A stretch of 20,000 nucleotides of DNA from an uncultured virus (IMG/VR IMGVR_UViG_3300037313_001079) (IMGVR_UViG_3300037313_001079), one strand, 5' to 3'. Shown: positions 8,077 to 15,302, counted from the first letter of the stretch. Made by a program: numbers and translations. Notes: generated by a model not told the origin, from the sequence alone.

Positions 8077-9117
8077 TCAGATGCCCCCCTTGAAGCGCTT
8101 GTCGATGTCGAGTCGTTCGGTCGGGTTCGGTGCGACGCACGCCTCGTAGGCGTCGGGCCAGCGCTCGGCGAGCTGCTCCAGGTCGACCTTCGGAGCCGCG
8201 TTGCTGGGCTCCAGCGAGTAGGCGCGTTCGCCGCCGATGAGGGCGGATTGGGCGTCGCCGAGGGCGGCGATCATCCGGGCCTTCGCGGCGGCCTTCGCCT
8301 TCCGCGCGGCGGACTCCTCGCGCTGGTGCCGGTTGTAGTCGAGGAGCGCGTCCAGGGCGTCACCGTGGCGGTCGATGTCCACCGCGCCGGATCGGGTGGG
8401 GTGCAGGCGGCGGAACAGCTTGGCCAGCGCCTCGCCGTCCCCGGTCGGCTCCGGCGGCACCTGAGCCTGGACGTGGTCGTGCCAGAACTTATCGACGGCG
8501 GTGGTGATGTCGTCGATCACGTCGCGGTACTCGTCCGCGCGGATGGTGCCCTGGTGGTAGTCGTTGCCGCCGATGAGAACGGCGTAGTGCATGTGCTCGT
8601 AGCCGTTGACGATGATCTGCCACAGCACTTGGGCGGTGACGTCGTCGGGGGCTCCGGCGTGCCACTGCGCGCTCTTGAACACGGACCGGGTTTTGATCTC
8701 CAGTGCGCAGGGGGCCTGTTCGCTGGAATCGAGGGGGCATTCGGTGACGCGCCGGTCGAGGGTGGTCATCCAGTGCGCGTGGTGCTCGTGGGCGACGAGG
8801 CCGACGCGGCGGATCACGCTGCGGTTCTGCATGGCCCAGCGTCGGGCGACGTTCTCCTCGTTGACGGTGCCCCAGTACGCGGCTTCGCCTGCGTCGTCGA
8901 CGTCGCGGCCGAGCTTGTCGTAGTAGACCTTCAGCGGCGGGTTCTGCTCGATCAGGCCGAGGATGGCGGGGACGTCGCTGGAGCCGATGCCGGAGCGGCG
9001 GGCGGTGAGCCAGTCGGCGCGGTCGGCGTCGGCGGGGAGGATGAGGCGGCCGGTGGGGGTGACCCGGCGGCCGGCGGCCGGGGCCGCGGTGGCCCCAGCC
9101 TGCGCAGCAGTCGTCAT
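8077..9117 (-). CDS. YqaJ/lambda-exonuclease-family 5'-3' exonuclease
   Basis: WLTARRSGIGSSD, WGTVNE, TTLDR, LEIKT and QVLWQ motifs. Confidence 0.93.
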   Translation of the reverse strand: MTTAAQAGATAAPAAGRRVTPTGRLILPADADRADWLTARRSGIGSSDVPAILGLIEQNPPLKVYYDKLGRDVDDAGEAAYWGTVNEENVARRWAMQNRSVIRRVGLVAHEHHAHWMTTLDRRVTECPLDSSEQAPCALEIKTRSVFKSAQWHAGAPDDVTAQVLWQIIVNGYEHMHYAVLIGGNDYHQGTIRADEYRDVIDDITTAVDKFWHDHVQAQVPPEPTGDGEALAKLFRRLHPTRSGAVDIDRHGDALDALLDYNRHQREESAARKAKAAAKARMIAALGDAQSALIGGERAYSLEPSNAAPKVDLEQLAERWPDAYEACVAPNPTERLDIDKRFKGGI

Positions 9118-9524
9118 CGGTTGCGCACCTTCCTGTTCGTCGAGGCGTTGTGGCAGGCGCGGCAGCGGCGATTGCCGTTCGGACGGATCACCGTGTTGAC
9201 TTCGTCGTAGGGGTGGCCTTGCGGGCAGTGGGTCTTGGCCGCGTTCTTCGCGCCGAAGCCCTCGCCGCGGAGGATGTTCTCGGCGTTGGTCACCGGCTCC
9301 AGGTGCTCGGGGTTGACGCAGTGCCGGACACGGCAGGTGTGGTCAAGGACGAGACCGGCGGGGATGGGGCCTACCAGCAGCTCGTAGGCGAGGCGGTGGA
9401 CCGCGTGGTGTCGGCCGCCCACCTTGATCTCTGCGTATCCCTTGCCGTTTCGGGACCGCGTCCAGAGCCAACAGCTGCCTGACCGATCGGTGCGCTGCAT
9501 GATTCGTTCGAGGACGGTGGCCAT
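9114..9524 (-). CDS. HNH endonuclease (HNH_3 type) with a C-terminal Zn module
   Basis: ATG at 9524 (TGATG); CWLW...GY...HRLAY...LDHTCRVRHCVNPEHLEPVTNAEN; THCPQGH...CRAC. Confidence 0.92.
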   Translation of the reverse strand: MATVLERIMQRTDRSGSCWLWTRSRNGKGYAEIKVGGRHHAVHRLAYELLVGPIPAGLVLDHTCRVRHCVNPEHLEPVTNAENILRGEGFGAKNAAKTHCPQGHPYDEVNTVIRPNGNRRCRACHNASTNRKVRNR

Positions 9525-9820
9525 CAGTCCGCCACCTCCGTCATGCAGTGGCGCTCCCACGGCTTCACGAACGTGTCGAGCGAGGCGTCCGGCGTGGTCA
9601 TCCCGAACCGCTTGCCGCACTGGCAGGAGCCGATGAGTTCGCAGTCGCCGTACTCGACGATCAGGGCGTGGCCGCCGGCGAGGGTTTCACGGAAGTCGGG
9701 GTCGCCCAGTCCGGTGGGGGTCTGGGGCTCCTTGTCGGCGGCCTCCAGCAGACTGGTGGCCTCGCGGCTCTTGTATCCGTCGCGCTGGAGAGCGTTGAGG
9801 ATGTCGGTGCGGGCGGTCAC
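9524..9820 (-). CDS. Hypothetical protein, 98 aa (CxCG...H motif)
   Basis: GTGA overlap at 9817-9820; MTARTDILNALQRDG...GSCQCGKRF...WERH. Confidence 0.75.
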   Translation of the reverse strand: MTARTDILNALQRDGYKSREATSLLEAADKEPQTPTGLGDPDFRETLAGGHALIVEYGDCELIGSCQCGKRFGMTTPDASLDTFVKPWERHCMTEVAD

Positions 9821-10020
9821 GGGCGGCCGTCCTTCCGGGAGTTCAGTGGGTGCGGGGCGCAGGCCAGGCCGATCAGGCACACCCCGGCCGCGGCGACCGT
9901 GCCGGCGAGGCTGGCGGCCGGCCCGGTGAACGGGAGTGCGGCGGCGAGGCTCGCGATGGCGGCGCTGGTGGTGACGGCCGCCCAGTACAGGGCCCAGAGG
10001 GCGGTACGGCGGGCGGTCAC
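9817..10020 (-). CDS. Small two-TM membrane protein, 67 aa
   Basis: GTGA overlap at 10017-10020; two hydrophobic stretches ALWALYWAAVTTSAAIASLAAAL and AASLAGTVAAAGVCLIGLA. Confidence 0.7.
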   Translation of the reverse strand: MTARRTALWALYWAAVTTSAAIASLAAALPFTGPAASLAGTVAAAGVCLIGLACAPHPLNSRKDGRP

Positions 10021-10388
10021 GCCGCACCCCGCTGACCCGGCAGCAGCCGCTTCGGGTTGAACCGCGACAGCTTCCGTGCCACCTCGCCCAGCTCGGCCAA
10101 CAGTCGGTGCGAGTCCTGGATCCCCACCTCGATCTGAGCCGTGTCCATCCCGGTGACTTCCTCGACGTGCTCCAGGGCGGCGTCGAGTTCGCCTTCGCGG
10201 GCGATGCCCTGGACGACGGCGGCGAGTTCGTCGAGGGCGTCGATCGCCTCGTCGCGGACGTCGGGGTCGGCCCACTTGGCGACGAGTTGGATGAGGGTGT
10301 CGGTGCGGATCTGGTCGACGCGGAGGACGGAGTGCAGGTGGTTGGCGCCGAGGTCGAACGACAGCGACGGCTTCTTCGAGTGGTTCAT
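10017..10388 (-). CDS. Hypothetical phage protein, 123 aa
   Basis: ATGA coupling, RBS GGAGG, strong GC3 bias. Confidence 0.8.
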   Translation of the reverse strand: MNHSKKPSLSFDLGANHLHSVLRVDQIRTDTLIQLVAKWADPDVRDEAIDALDELAAVVQGIAREGELDAALEHVEEVTGMDTAQIEVGIQDSHRLLAELGEVARKLSRFNPKRLLPGQRGAA

Positions 10389-10654
10389 CGGTTCACCTCG
10401 ACGGTGGGAGCAGAAAGGATGAGCAGGAGCGCGGCGGCGGTCACGGCGGCCGTGCGGCGGGCGTCACGCGCGGCGTGACGGGCGGCGGCCACCTCGACCA
10501 GCACGCGGGCGCCGAGGTCGGTCTCCAGCAGCTGGCGCGGGCCGAAGTAGGCGAGGTCGGCGTCCGCGAACGCGAGCGCGAGGGCGATCAGGCCGATCGC
10601 GGACAGGCCGAGGAATCCGGCAGCAGCCCAGTCGGCGAGGCTGGCGGCGGTCAC
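10385..10654 (-). CDS. Small membrane protein, 89 aa
   Basis: GTGA coupling; hydrophobic N-terminal and C-terminal helices. Confidence 0.72.
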   Translation of the reverse strand: MTAASLADWAAAGFLGLSAIGLIALALAFADADLAYFGPRQLLETDLGARVLVEVAAARHAARDARRTAAVTAAALLLILSAPTVEVNR

Positions 10655-11346
10655 AGCGCACCGCCGATCGGCGGCAGGTCCCGGCCGAGCCGGTAGCGGT
10701 GGTGGACCGAGGGATAGTGCTCGCCCTCCAGCGCAGTGCGTTGGCCGGCCAGCAGGTTCCGCAGCTTTTGCACCTGCGGCGTCACGTCCTCCTCGACCAC
10801 CGGGGCCGGGGCGGGCGCAGCTTGCCTGGCGCGGAGTTCCTGGACCACGTCGTCCAGCGCCTCGTTCGTCGAGTGCCGCTCCGCTTCCAGCTCGGCGACC
10901 CGGGCCCGCAACTGCTCCAGTTCCGACAGCGGCTCATCGCCCTGCACCACGATCGGCGTCACGTACCCCGAGGTGTCGCTCATCGGCCGGTCATCGTCGG
11001 GGTGCGTCCAGAACTGCACGTGCACCCCGTGCTCGTTGATCGTCCAGTCCCAGCACTTGCCGTGGGCGTCAGACGGGGCGACGTCGTCGCAGTACGCACG
11101 CGCGGCCTCAGCTGTCGTGAACAGCTCCGGCTCCACTCCCTCGTACTGCGCGAGGTACAGCTCCCTCGGGGGATTCGCCATGGCAGCCAGCCGAGTACGG
11201 AGGTCCCACAGCTCCACCGCAACCTCGGGCGACATGTGGCGGCCAGCCGAGTCGATCGCCATCGCGATCCCCATCGGGGTCCGCTTTCCGTTCTCCTGCG
11301 CCCGGCAGATCAGGTCCGCCAGCGAGTTCAGCGCCTTGGTGTTCAC
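10651..11346 (-). CDS. Hypothetical phage protein with a coiled coil, 231 aa
   Basis: GTG at 11346 overlaps the upstream TGA; ELEQLRARVAELEAERHSTNEAL coiled coil. Confidence 0.8.
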   Translation of the reverse strand: MNTKALNSLADLICRAQENGKRTPMGIAMAIDSAGRHMSPEVAVELWDLRTRLAAMANPPRELYLAQYEGVEPELFTTAEAARAYCDDVAPSDAHGKCWDWTINEHGVHVQFWTHPDDDRPMSDTSGYVTPIVVQGDEPLSELEQLRARVAELEAERHSTNEALDDVVQELRARQAAPAPAPVVEEDVTPQVQKLRNLLAGQRTALEGEHYPSVHHRYRLGRDLPPIGGAL

Positions 11347-11678
11347 GCGGCCACCGCCGAACCCTCGGCCACCGCCGAGACCAGGCACGTGCCCCACACG
11401 TTGACCTTCACGTCCCGCCACGTCGCATACAGCGACACCGACAGCGACGGGCCGGCGTCGGGGGAGTCGAAGGAGTGCACTCGCACGGTGCCGCCGAGGA
11501 CCGCGGCGTATGCCTGGAGCACCTCGCGCATGTCGTAGCCGGCGTGCAGCTCGACGGTGCCCGAGAGGAGCCCGTCCCGCTCCACCGACCAGCGGGCGGC
11601 GGCGAGTTCAGGGTGCTCCCGGAGGAGCTGTGTCAGCGCGATCGCTGCGCTGAGTTGGGTCTGAGATGATGTGGCCAC
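11343..11678 (-). CDS. Hypothetical phage protein, 111 aa
   Basis: RBS AAAGAGAGG upstream of GTG 11678; first gene of the coupled chain. Confidence 0.8.
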   Translation of the reverse strand: MATSSQTQLSAAIALTQLLREHPELAAARWSVERDGLLSGTVELHAGYDMREVLQAYAAVLGGTVRVHSFDSPDAGPSLSVSLYATWRDVKVNVWGTCLVSAVAEGSAVAA

Positions 11679-11764
11679 GGTGGCCTCTCTTTCTGGTTGG
11701 AGTGGCGCCGAGCTGGGGGGTCGCCGGGCCTGGCAGTCGGGCGGCCCTTCGGCGTGTTCAGGGG

Positions 11765-11941
11765 TCAGGCGGCGTCGGCCGCCGGCGCGGTCTCCACCGG
11801 AGCCGCTACCTGCGGCTGGGTGAAGATCCGACGAAGGCTCTCCACGACCTCCGGGGTGGGTTCCGGGGCGGCGTCGACTTCCTTCTCGATGTGGGCGAGG
11901 ACTTCGTCGCCGAGGAGCGCTCGGCGCTCGGCGCGGGTCAT
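11765..11941 (-). CDS. Small hypothetical protein, 58 aa (not in the ORF track)
   Basis: ATGA overlap with the cro stop; MTRAERRALLGDEVLAHIEKEVDAAPEPTPEVVESLRRIFTQPQVAAPVETAPAADAA. Confidence 0.75.
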   Translation of the reverse strand: MTRAERRALLGDEVLAHIEKEVDAAPEPTPEVVESLRRIFTQPQVAAPVETAPAADAA

Positions 11942-12162
11942 GCGGCGACCTCGATGGGTACGCGCTTGATGACGGCGCGGAGGTCGATGTCGTAGGCCTC
12001 GGCGAGGCGCATGGCCGAGTTCAGGTCAGGCTGGGTTTCGCCGTTGAGGATCCGGTAGACGGATGATTCGGCGATTCCGGTGCGGCGGTAGATGGCCGCG
12101 CCGTTGCGGTCGCCGTGGGCGGCGGCGGCTTCGAGGAGCTTGGGGACGTCCAGGCGGAACAC
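11938..12162 (-). CDS. Cro-like XRE helix-turn-helix protein, 74 aa
   Basis: GGAGG-N7-GTG at 12162; AIYRRTGIAESSVYRILNGETQPDLNSAMRLAEAY; divergent from the repressor; heads the early operon. Confidence 0.88.
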   Translation of the reverse strand: MFRLDVPKLLEAAAAHGDRNGAAIYRRTGIAESSVYRILNGETQPDLNSAMRLAEAYDIDLRAVIKRVPIEVAA

Positions 12163-12172
12163 GTAGTCACCT

Positions 12173-12412
12173 CCCTCGGTGAGGGGTTGGCAGGGGTCGT
12201 CGCTGGTGGAAGGTTGTTCCTTGCTCACGAGGGAGACTCTTCCATAGTTCTTCCTCCCTCGCAAGGGAGGATTATTGTGAAGGAAGGGTGAATTTACGAA
12301 CGAACACATGTTCGGGGGCCGCTATTACCTGCGTCAACGCAGGTCAGTGGCCTAATCGACACCCTTGCGAGCGAGGGAATCTATGGCTACTCCCTAGATA
12401 GGGAGGTACAGT
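12173..12412. promoter_or_regulatory. Immunity/switch region: divergent promoters and CCCT-Nx-AGGG operator palindromes
   Basis: TCCTCCCT-CGCA-AGGGAGGA (12252-12271), CTCCCTA-GA-TAGGGAG (12390-12405), CCTTGCTCACGAGGGA (12219-12234), CCTTGCGAGCGAGGGA (12363-12378); TTGCGA -35-like hexamers on both strands; -10 TACAGT (12407-12412). Confidence 0.75.
12301..12314. promoter_or_regulatory. LexA/SOS box CGAAC-ACAT-GTTCG
   Basis: Matches the core of the Gram-positive/actinobacterial SOS consensus (T)CGAAC-N4-GTTCG(A); lies in the middle of the repressor/cro intergenic region. Confidence 0.75.
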
Positions 12413-12420
12413 CCTCTGAC

Positions 12421-12870
12421 ATGACCGACGTCACCCCCACGCGCGCGCAGGCGTTTGCCGCAGTCGTGGTCCCCGCAGCTGAACGCGCCGGCTACACAGG
12501 CCACGGCGCCAAGGCGCGCTTCGCGCGAGACACCGGCATGACCGACTCATCCGTCACCCGGCTTTGGCAAGGAACCGCCCTACCTGAACCCAGGTTCTTC
12601 ACAGCCATCGCAGACGTGACCGGCCTTCACCTGGGTACCCTGCTCGTCGAGGGTGGCGTCTTGACGCCTGAATCACTTCAGTCACTGTCCGAAAGCGATC
12701 GATCGCAGGTACGATCAGGCCTCACCCCGCAGGAAGCTGCTGACCGGCTAGGGATCAAAGACGACGTAGGACGCGAGGTTTTCTTCACAACCATCGAGCG
12801 CCTGAAGCGTCTAGAGGATGAGCCCTCCGATCACCCGGCTGACCACGGGGGTACAGCAGCACAACTGTGA
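12421..12870 (+). CDS. Immunity repressor candidate (XRE-HTH), 149 aa, no S24 autopeptidase domain
   Basis: ARFARDTGMTDSSVTRLWQGTALPEPRFFTAIADVTG HTH; divergent from cro; near the integrase. Confidence 0.82.
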   Translation: MTDVTPTRAQAFAAVVVPAAERAGYTGHGAKARFARDTGMTDSSVTRLWQGTALPEPRFFTAIADVTGLHLGTLLVEGGVLTPESLQSLSESDRSQVRSGLTPQEAADRLGIKDDVGREVFFTTIERLKRLEDEPSDHPADHGGTAAQL

Positions 12871-12888
12871 TGCAGGGGTAGGGGACGC

Positions 12889-13464
12889 ATGGAACTCACC
12901 GGCGGTACGCGAGTCACCATCATCACGGCAGTGGCAGTCTCACTCACCGGACTCGTCCTGGTCGGCCAGGGAATCCTCCGCGAGAGCCTCCCCTACGCCA
13001 CCGCCGGGTCAACCCTCACACTGACCGCCCTGGTATTCGGAGCGCTCGTCCTGATCCGCATGTGGATCAGCGACACCACCAACATCCGTAACTCTCTCGC
13101 AGCGTCACGGCGGGAAGCCGAACAGGAACGCTCCCGCTACACGGCCGAACGCTGCCGGTACATCGCATTGCTGGCCGGACTGGAAAGCGAACAGGGGCGT
13201 CTCAACCGCGACATGGCGGCCGCGCGGCAGCAGATGGCCCGCGACCTCATAAAGGAACGCGAGGCCATCCGCGCCGAGTTCGAGGAGAAGCGGAACGAGC
13301 TGATCTCCGAGACGATGGAAGCCACCATCCTCATGATCCGAGACGGAAAGCTCGCGCCCGACGCCACCCCCCGCGGCCGGCTCATCCGGTTCCCCCACCA
13401 GGGCCAGCAGGCCCCCGCCCCTCAGCGCGAGCGGTCCCGCGAGCACGGGATCGTGGGGCCCTGA
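12889..13464 (+). CDS. Two-TM plus coiled-coil membrane protein, probably co-transcribed with the repressor
   Basis: RBS GGGGA; TM1 VTIITAVAVSLTGLVLVGQGIL, TM2 STLTLTALVFGALVLIRMWI, then a long charged helix. Confidence 0.82.
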   Translation: MELTGGTRVTIITAVAVSLTGLVLVGQGILRESLPYATAGSTLTLTALVFGALVLIRMWISDTTNIRNSLAASRREAEQERSRYTAERCRYIALLAGLESEQGRLNRDMAAARQQMARDLIKEREAIRAEFEEKRNELISETMEATILMIRDGKLAPDATPRGRLIRFPHQGQQAPAPQRERSREHGIVGP

Positions 13465-15013
13465 ACCCTTCCGACCCGATGAACGACAGCTTCACCCGAG
13501 CCGGGTCCAACGACTTCGCTCGGCCAGGCCTGAGTGCCTTGTAGACCCGCACCGTGACTATCTCCCGGATCGCCTCACGCTTCTTCTCCAGGGACAGTCC
13601 AGCCGACGTGTCCGTGCCGAACCAGAGCTCTTCGGGATCCGCTGCCCCCACCAGCTGCTGAACGAGCAAGGGAACCCCCGTCACTGCTTGCAGCTTGCTC
13701 TGCAGTTCCTCGATCTTCGGCAGCAACTCCAGTTCCTTCGCCGACAAAGAGGTCAGCGACAGCAGCGGCCGCCCCTGCTCGTTGCGCCGGCGGTTCAACT
13801 CCCGAGCCTCCTCCAGCTCCTCCTCGTACAGGTTGAGCATTTCCTGCGCCTGCCGCATCTCGTCGGCGACCTTGGACTGATCCGGGATCAGCGCGGCCCT
13901 GGCCTGTTCCTTGCGTTGCAGCCACAAGACCACAGCCTCCTCGACGAACGCGTCGAGGAGCGGCTCGGATACGGAAACGTGGCGTTTCTCGGAGCACCGG
14001 TAGATGTCCTTTGTGGCGTGGCCTGCGCCTGTCTGGTCGCCGCGTAGGTAGACGTCGTCGCCGCACTCCCCGCACAGGGGGATGCAGGACAGGAGGTGCT
14101 TTACTCGGCCCTCGCCGGGGCGCAGGCGTGCGGGGTCGGTGAGTTTCTTGGTGACGCGGCGGAACATGGCCCGGCCTTCAGGGGTGTCCAGGCCTTTGAT
14201 GGGATCCCACTGAGCCTTCACGGTCTTGCCGTTGTGGACTCGCTCCCCGATGTACACGCGGTTGAGGAGCATGTACCGGACCCGGTAGTCGTCCCACTTG
14301 CTGCCGTCGGGGCGGGCTGCCTTGGGTTCGGACTTCAGCCACTTCAGTAGTGATCTGAGGGAGCCGCCGCCGTCGACGTGCTGGAAGGCCTTGAGGACGA
14401 TGGGGCCGCGATCCTTGTGCTCGTACTGGCCGACGAGTTCGCCGGTGTCCGGGTCGTACTTCCGCATGTAGCCGAAGGGGATTTTGCCCCAGACGCCGCC
14501 GGCTTCGGCGTTGAGTCGGGCGGTGCGGACGTTGCGGTCGCGGATGCCTTCGACTTCGTCCTCGGCGGCGATGGCGTCCATCGCGGTGGCTTTGCGGTCC
14601 TCCCGCTTGGAGAGGTCGTAGACGGTGCCGTTGTAGCAGAGGAGGACGTCTGCGTTGTAGCAGGCGTTGCGAAGCCGGACGTAGGCCTCCAAGTCGCGGT
14701 AGTAGCGGGAGGCTTCGTAGGCGACGACGATGCGGCGGACGCCGGCGGGGGCTTGGACGTTTTCGATGGCGTCGAGGAGGGCTTCGAAGTCGTCGCGTTC
14801 GCGGCGTGCGTGGCGGCTCGCTGAGATGCCGGTGTCTTTGAAGATTTCGGCGACGTGCCAGCCGTGGGTGTCGCAGATGCTGCGGCCGTCGGTGAGCTGG
14901 TCGGTGACGCTGCGGCCTTTTTTCTTGGGGTCGCGGCTGTTGCGGCCGTAGAGCATGGCGTGGAATTCGACGCCGGGGAAGATGAGGTGGAGGTATTCGG
15001 GTGCGAGCGGCAT
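13382..15013 (-). CDS. int: Large serine recombinase (integrase), 543 aa
   Basis: Catalytic motif LYGRNS, DTGISAS, R..FE.LL, SRYYR, recombinase domain PFGY...YIGER, Zn ribbon CGECG...YRC...H, coiled coil. Confidence 0.95.
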   Translation of the reverse strand: MPLAPEYLHLIFPGVEFHAMLYGRNSRDPKKKGRSVTDQLTDGRSICDTHGWHVAEIFKDTGISASRHARRERDDFEALLDAIENVQAPAGVRRIVVAYEASRYYRDLEAYVRLRNACYNADVLLCYNGTVYDLSKREDRKATAMDAIAAEDEVEGIRDRNVRTARLNAEAGGVWGKIPFGYMRKYDPDTGELVGQYEHKDRGPIVLKAFQHVDGGGSLRSLLKWLKSEPKAARPDGSKWDDYRVRYMLLNRVYIGERVHNGKTVKAQWDPIKGLDTPEGRAMFRRVTKKLTDPARLRPGEGRVKHLLSCIPLCGECGDDVYLRGDQTGAGHATKDIYRCSEKRHVSVSEPLLDAFVEEAVVLWLQRKEQARAALIPDQSKVADEMRQAQEMLNLYEEELEEARELNRRRNEQGRPLLSLTSLSAKELELLPKIEELQSKLQAVTGVPLLVQQLVGAADPEELWFGTDTSAGLSLEKKREAIREIVTVRVYKALRPGRAKSLDPARVKLSFIGSEGFRAPRSRARGTARAEGRGPAGPGGGTG

Positions 15014-15033
15014 GGGGGCACGGTACTCGCATT

Positions 15034-15083
15034 GGACGGGTTATGTATGCAGTATCGGACGCTATTGCGTCGTCAACCCGTCC
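15034..15083. other. Putative intact attP site (50-bp imperfect inverted repeat, central dinucleotide GA at 15058-15059)
   Basis: Perfect outer arms GGACGGGTT (15034-15042) / AACCCGTCC (15075-15083); 8 of 11 inner pairs complementary (15047-15057 vs 15060-15070); 20 bp upstream of the integrase start. Confidence 0.78.
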
Positions 15084-15302
15084 TTAGTTGTGGCTGCCGG
15101 ACCCTGTCATCTCGTCGATGAGCTGCAGCATGTCGTCGAGGCGGATGCGGAGGCGCTCGATCATCAGGATGAGTCCGTGGGCGTCGAGCTGTGAGAGGTC
15201 TTCGGCGCGGGTGTATTCGAAGTCGCGGCGTGCGTAGTCGATGCGTGCGCGCTGGAGGTCGGTGAGGGGTCCTGGGTGGGGCCGGGACTGCTCATCGGTC
15301 AT
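15084..15302 (-). CDS. Small acidic helical protein, 72 aa (candidate recombination directionality factor)
   Basis: MTDEQSRPHPGPLTDLQRARIDYARRDF...LILMIERLRIRLDDMLQLIDE; the TAA stop abuts the attP arm. Confidence 0.7.
   Translation of the reverse strand: MTDEQSRPHPGPLTDLQRARIDYARRDFEYTRAEDLSQLDAHGLILMIERLRIRLDDMLQLIDEMTGSGSHN

Noticed and set aside
6565..9210. + strand ORFs 6565..7311, 7515..8093 and 7987..9210
   Set aside because: Mirror frames of the DnaQ, ERF and YqaJ genes
9811..10020. Repeated GGGCGGTCAC (9811, 10011, also near 4892)
   Set aside because: It is the reverse complement of GTG ACC GCC C (Val/Met-Thr-Ala) at gene starts or ends, so coding explains it
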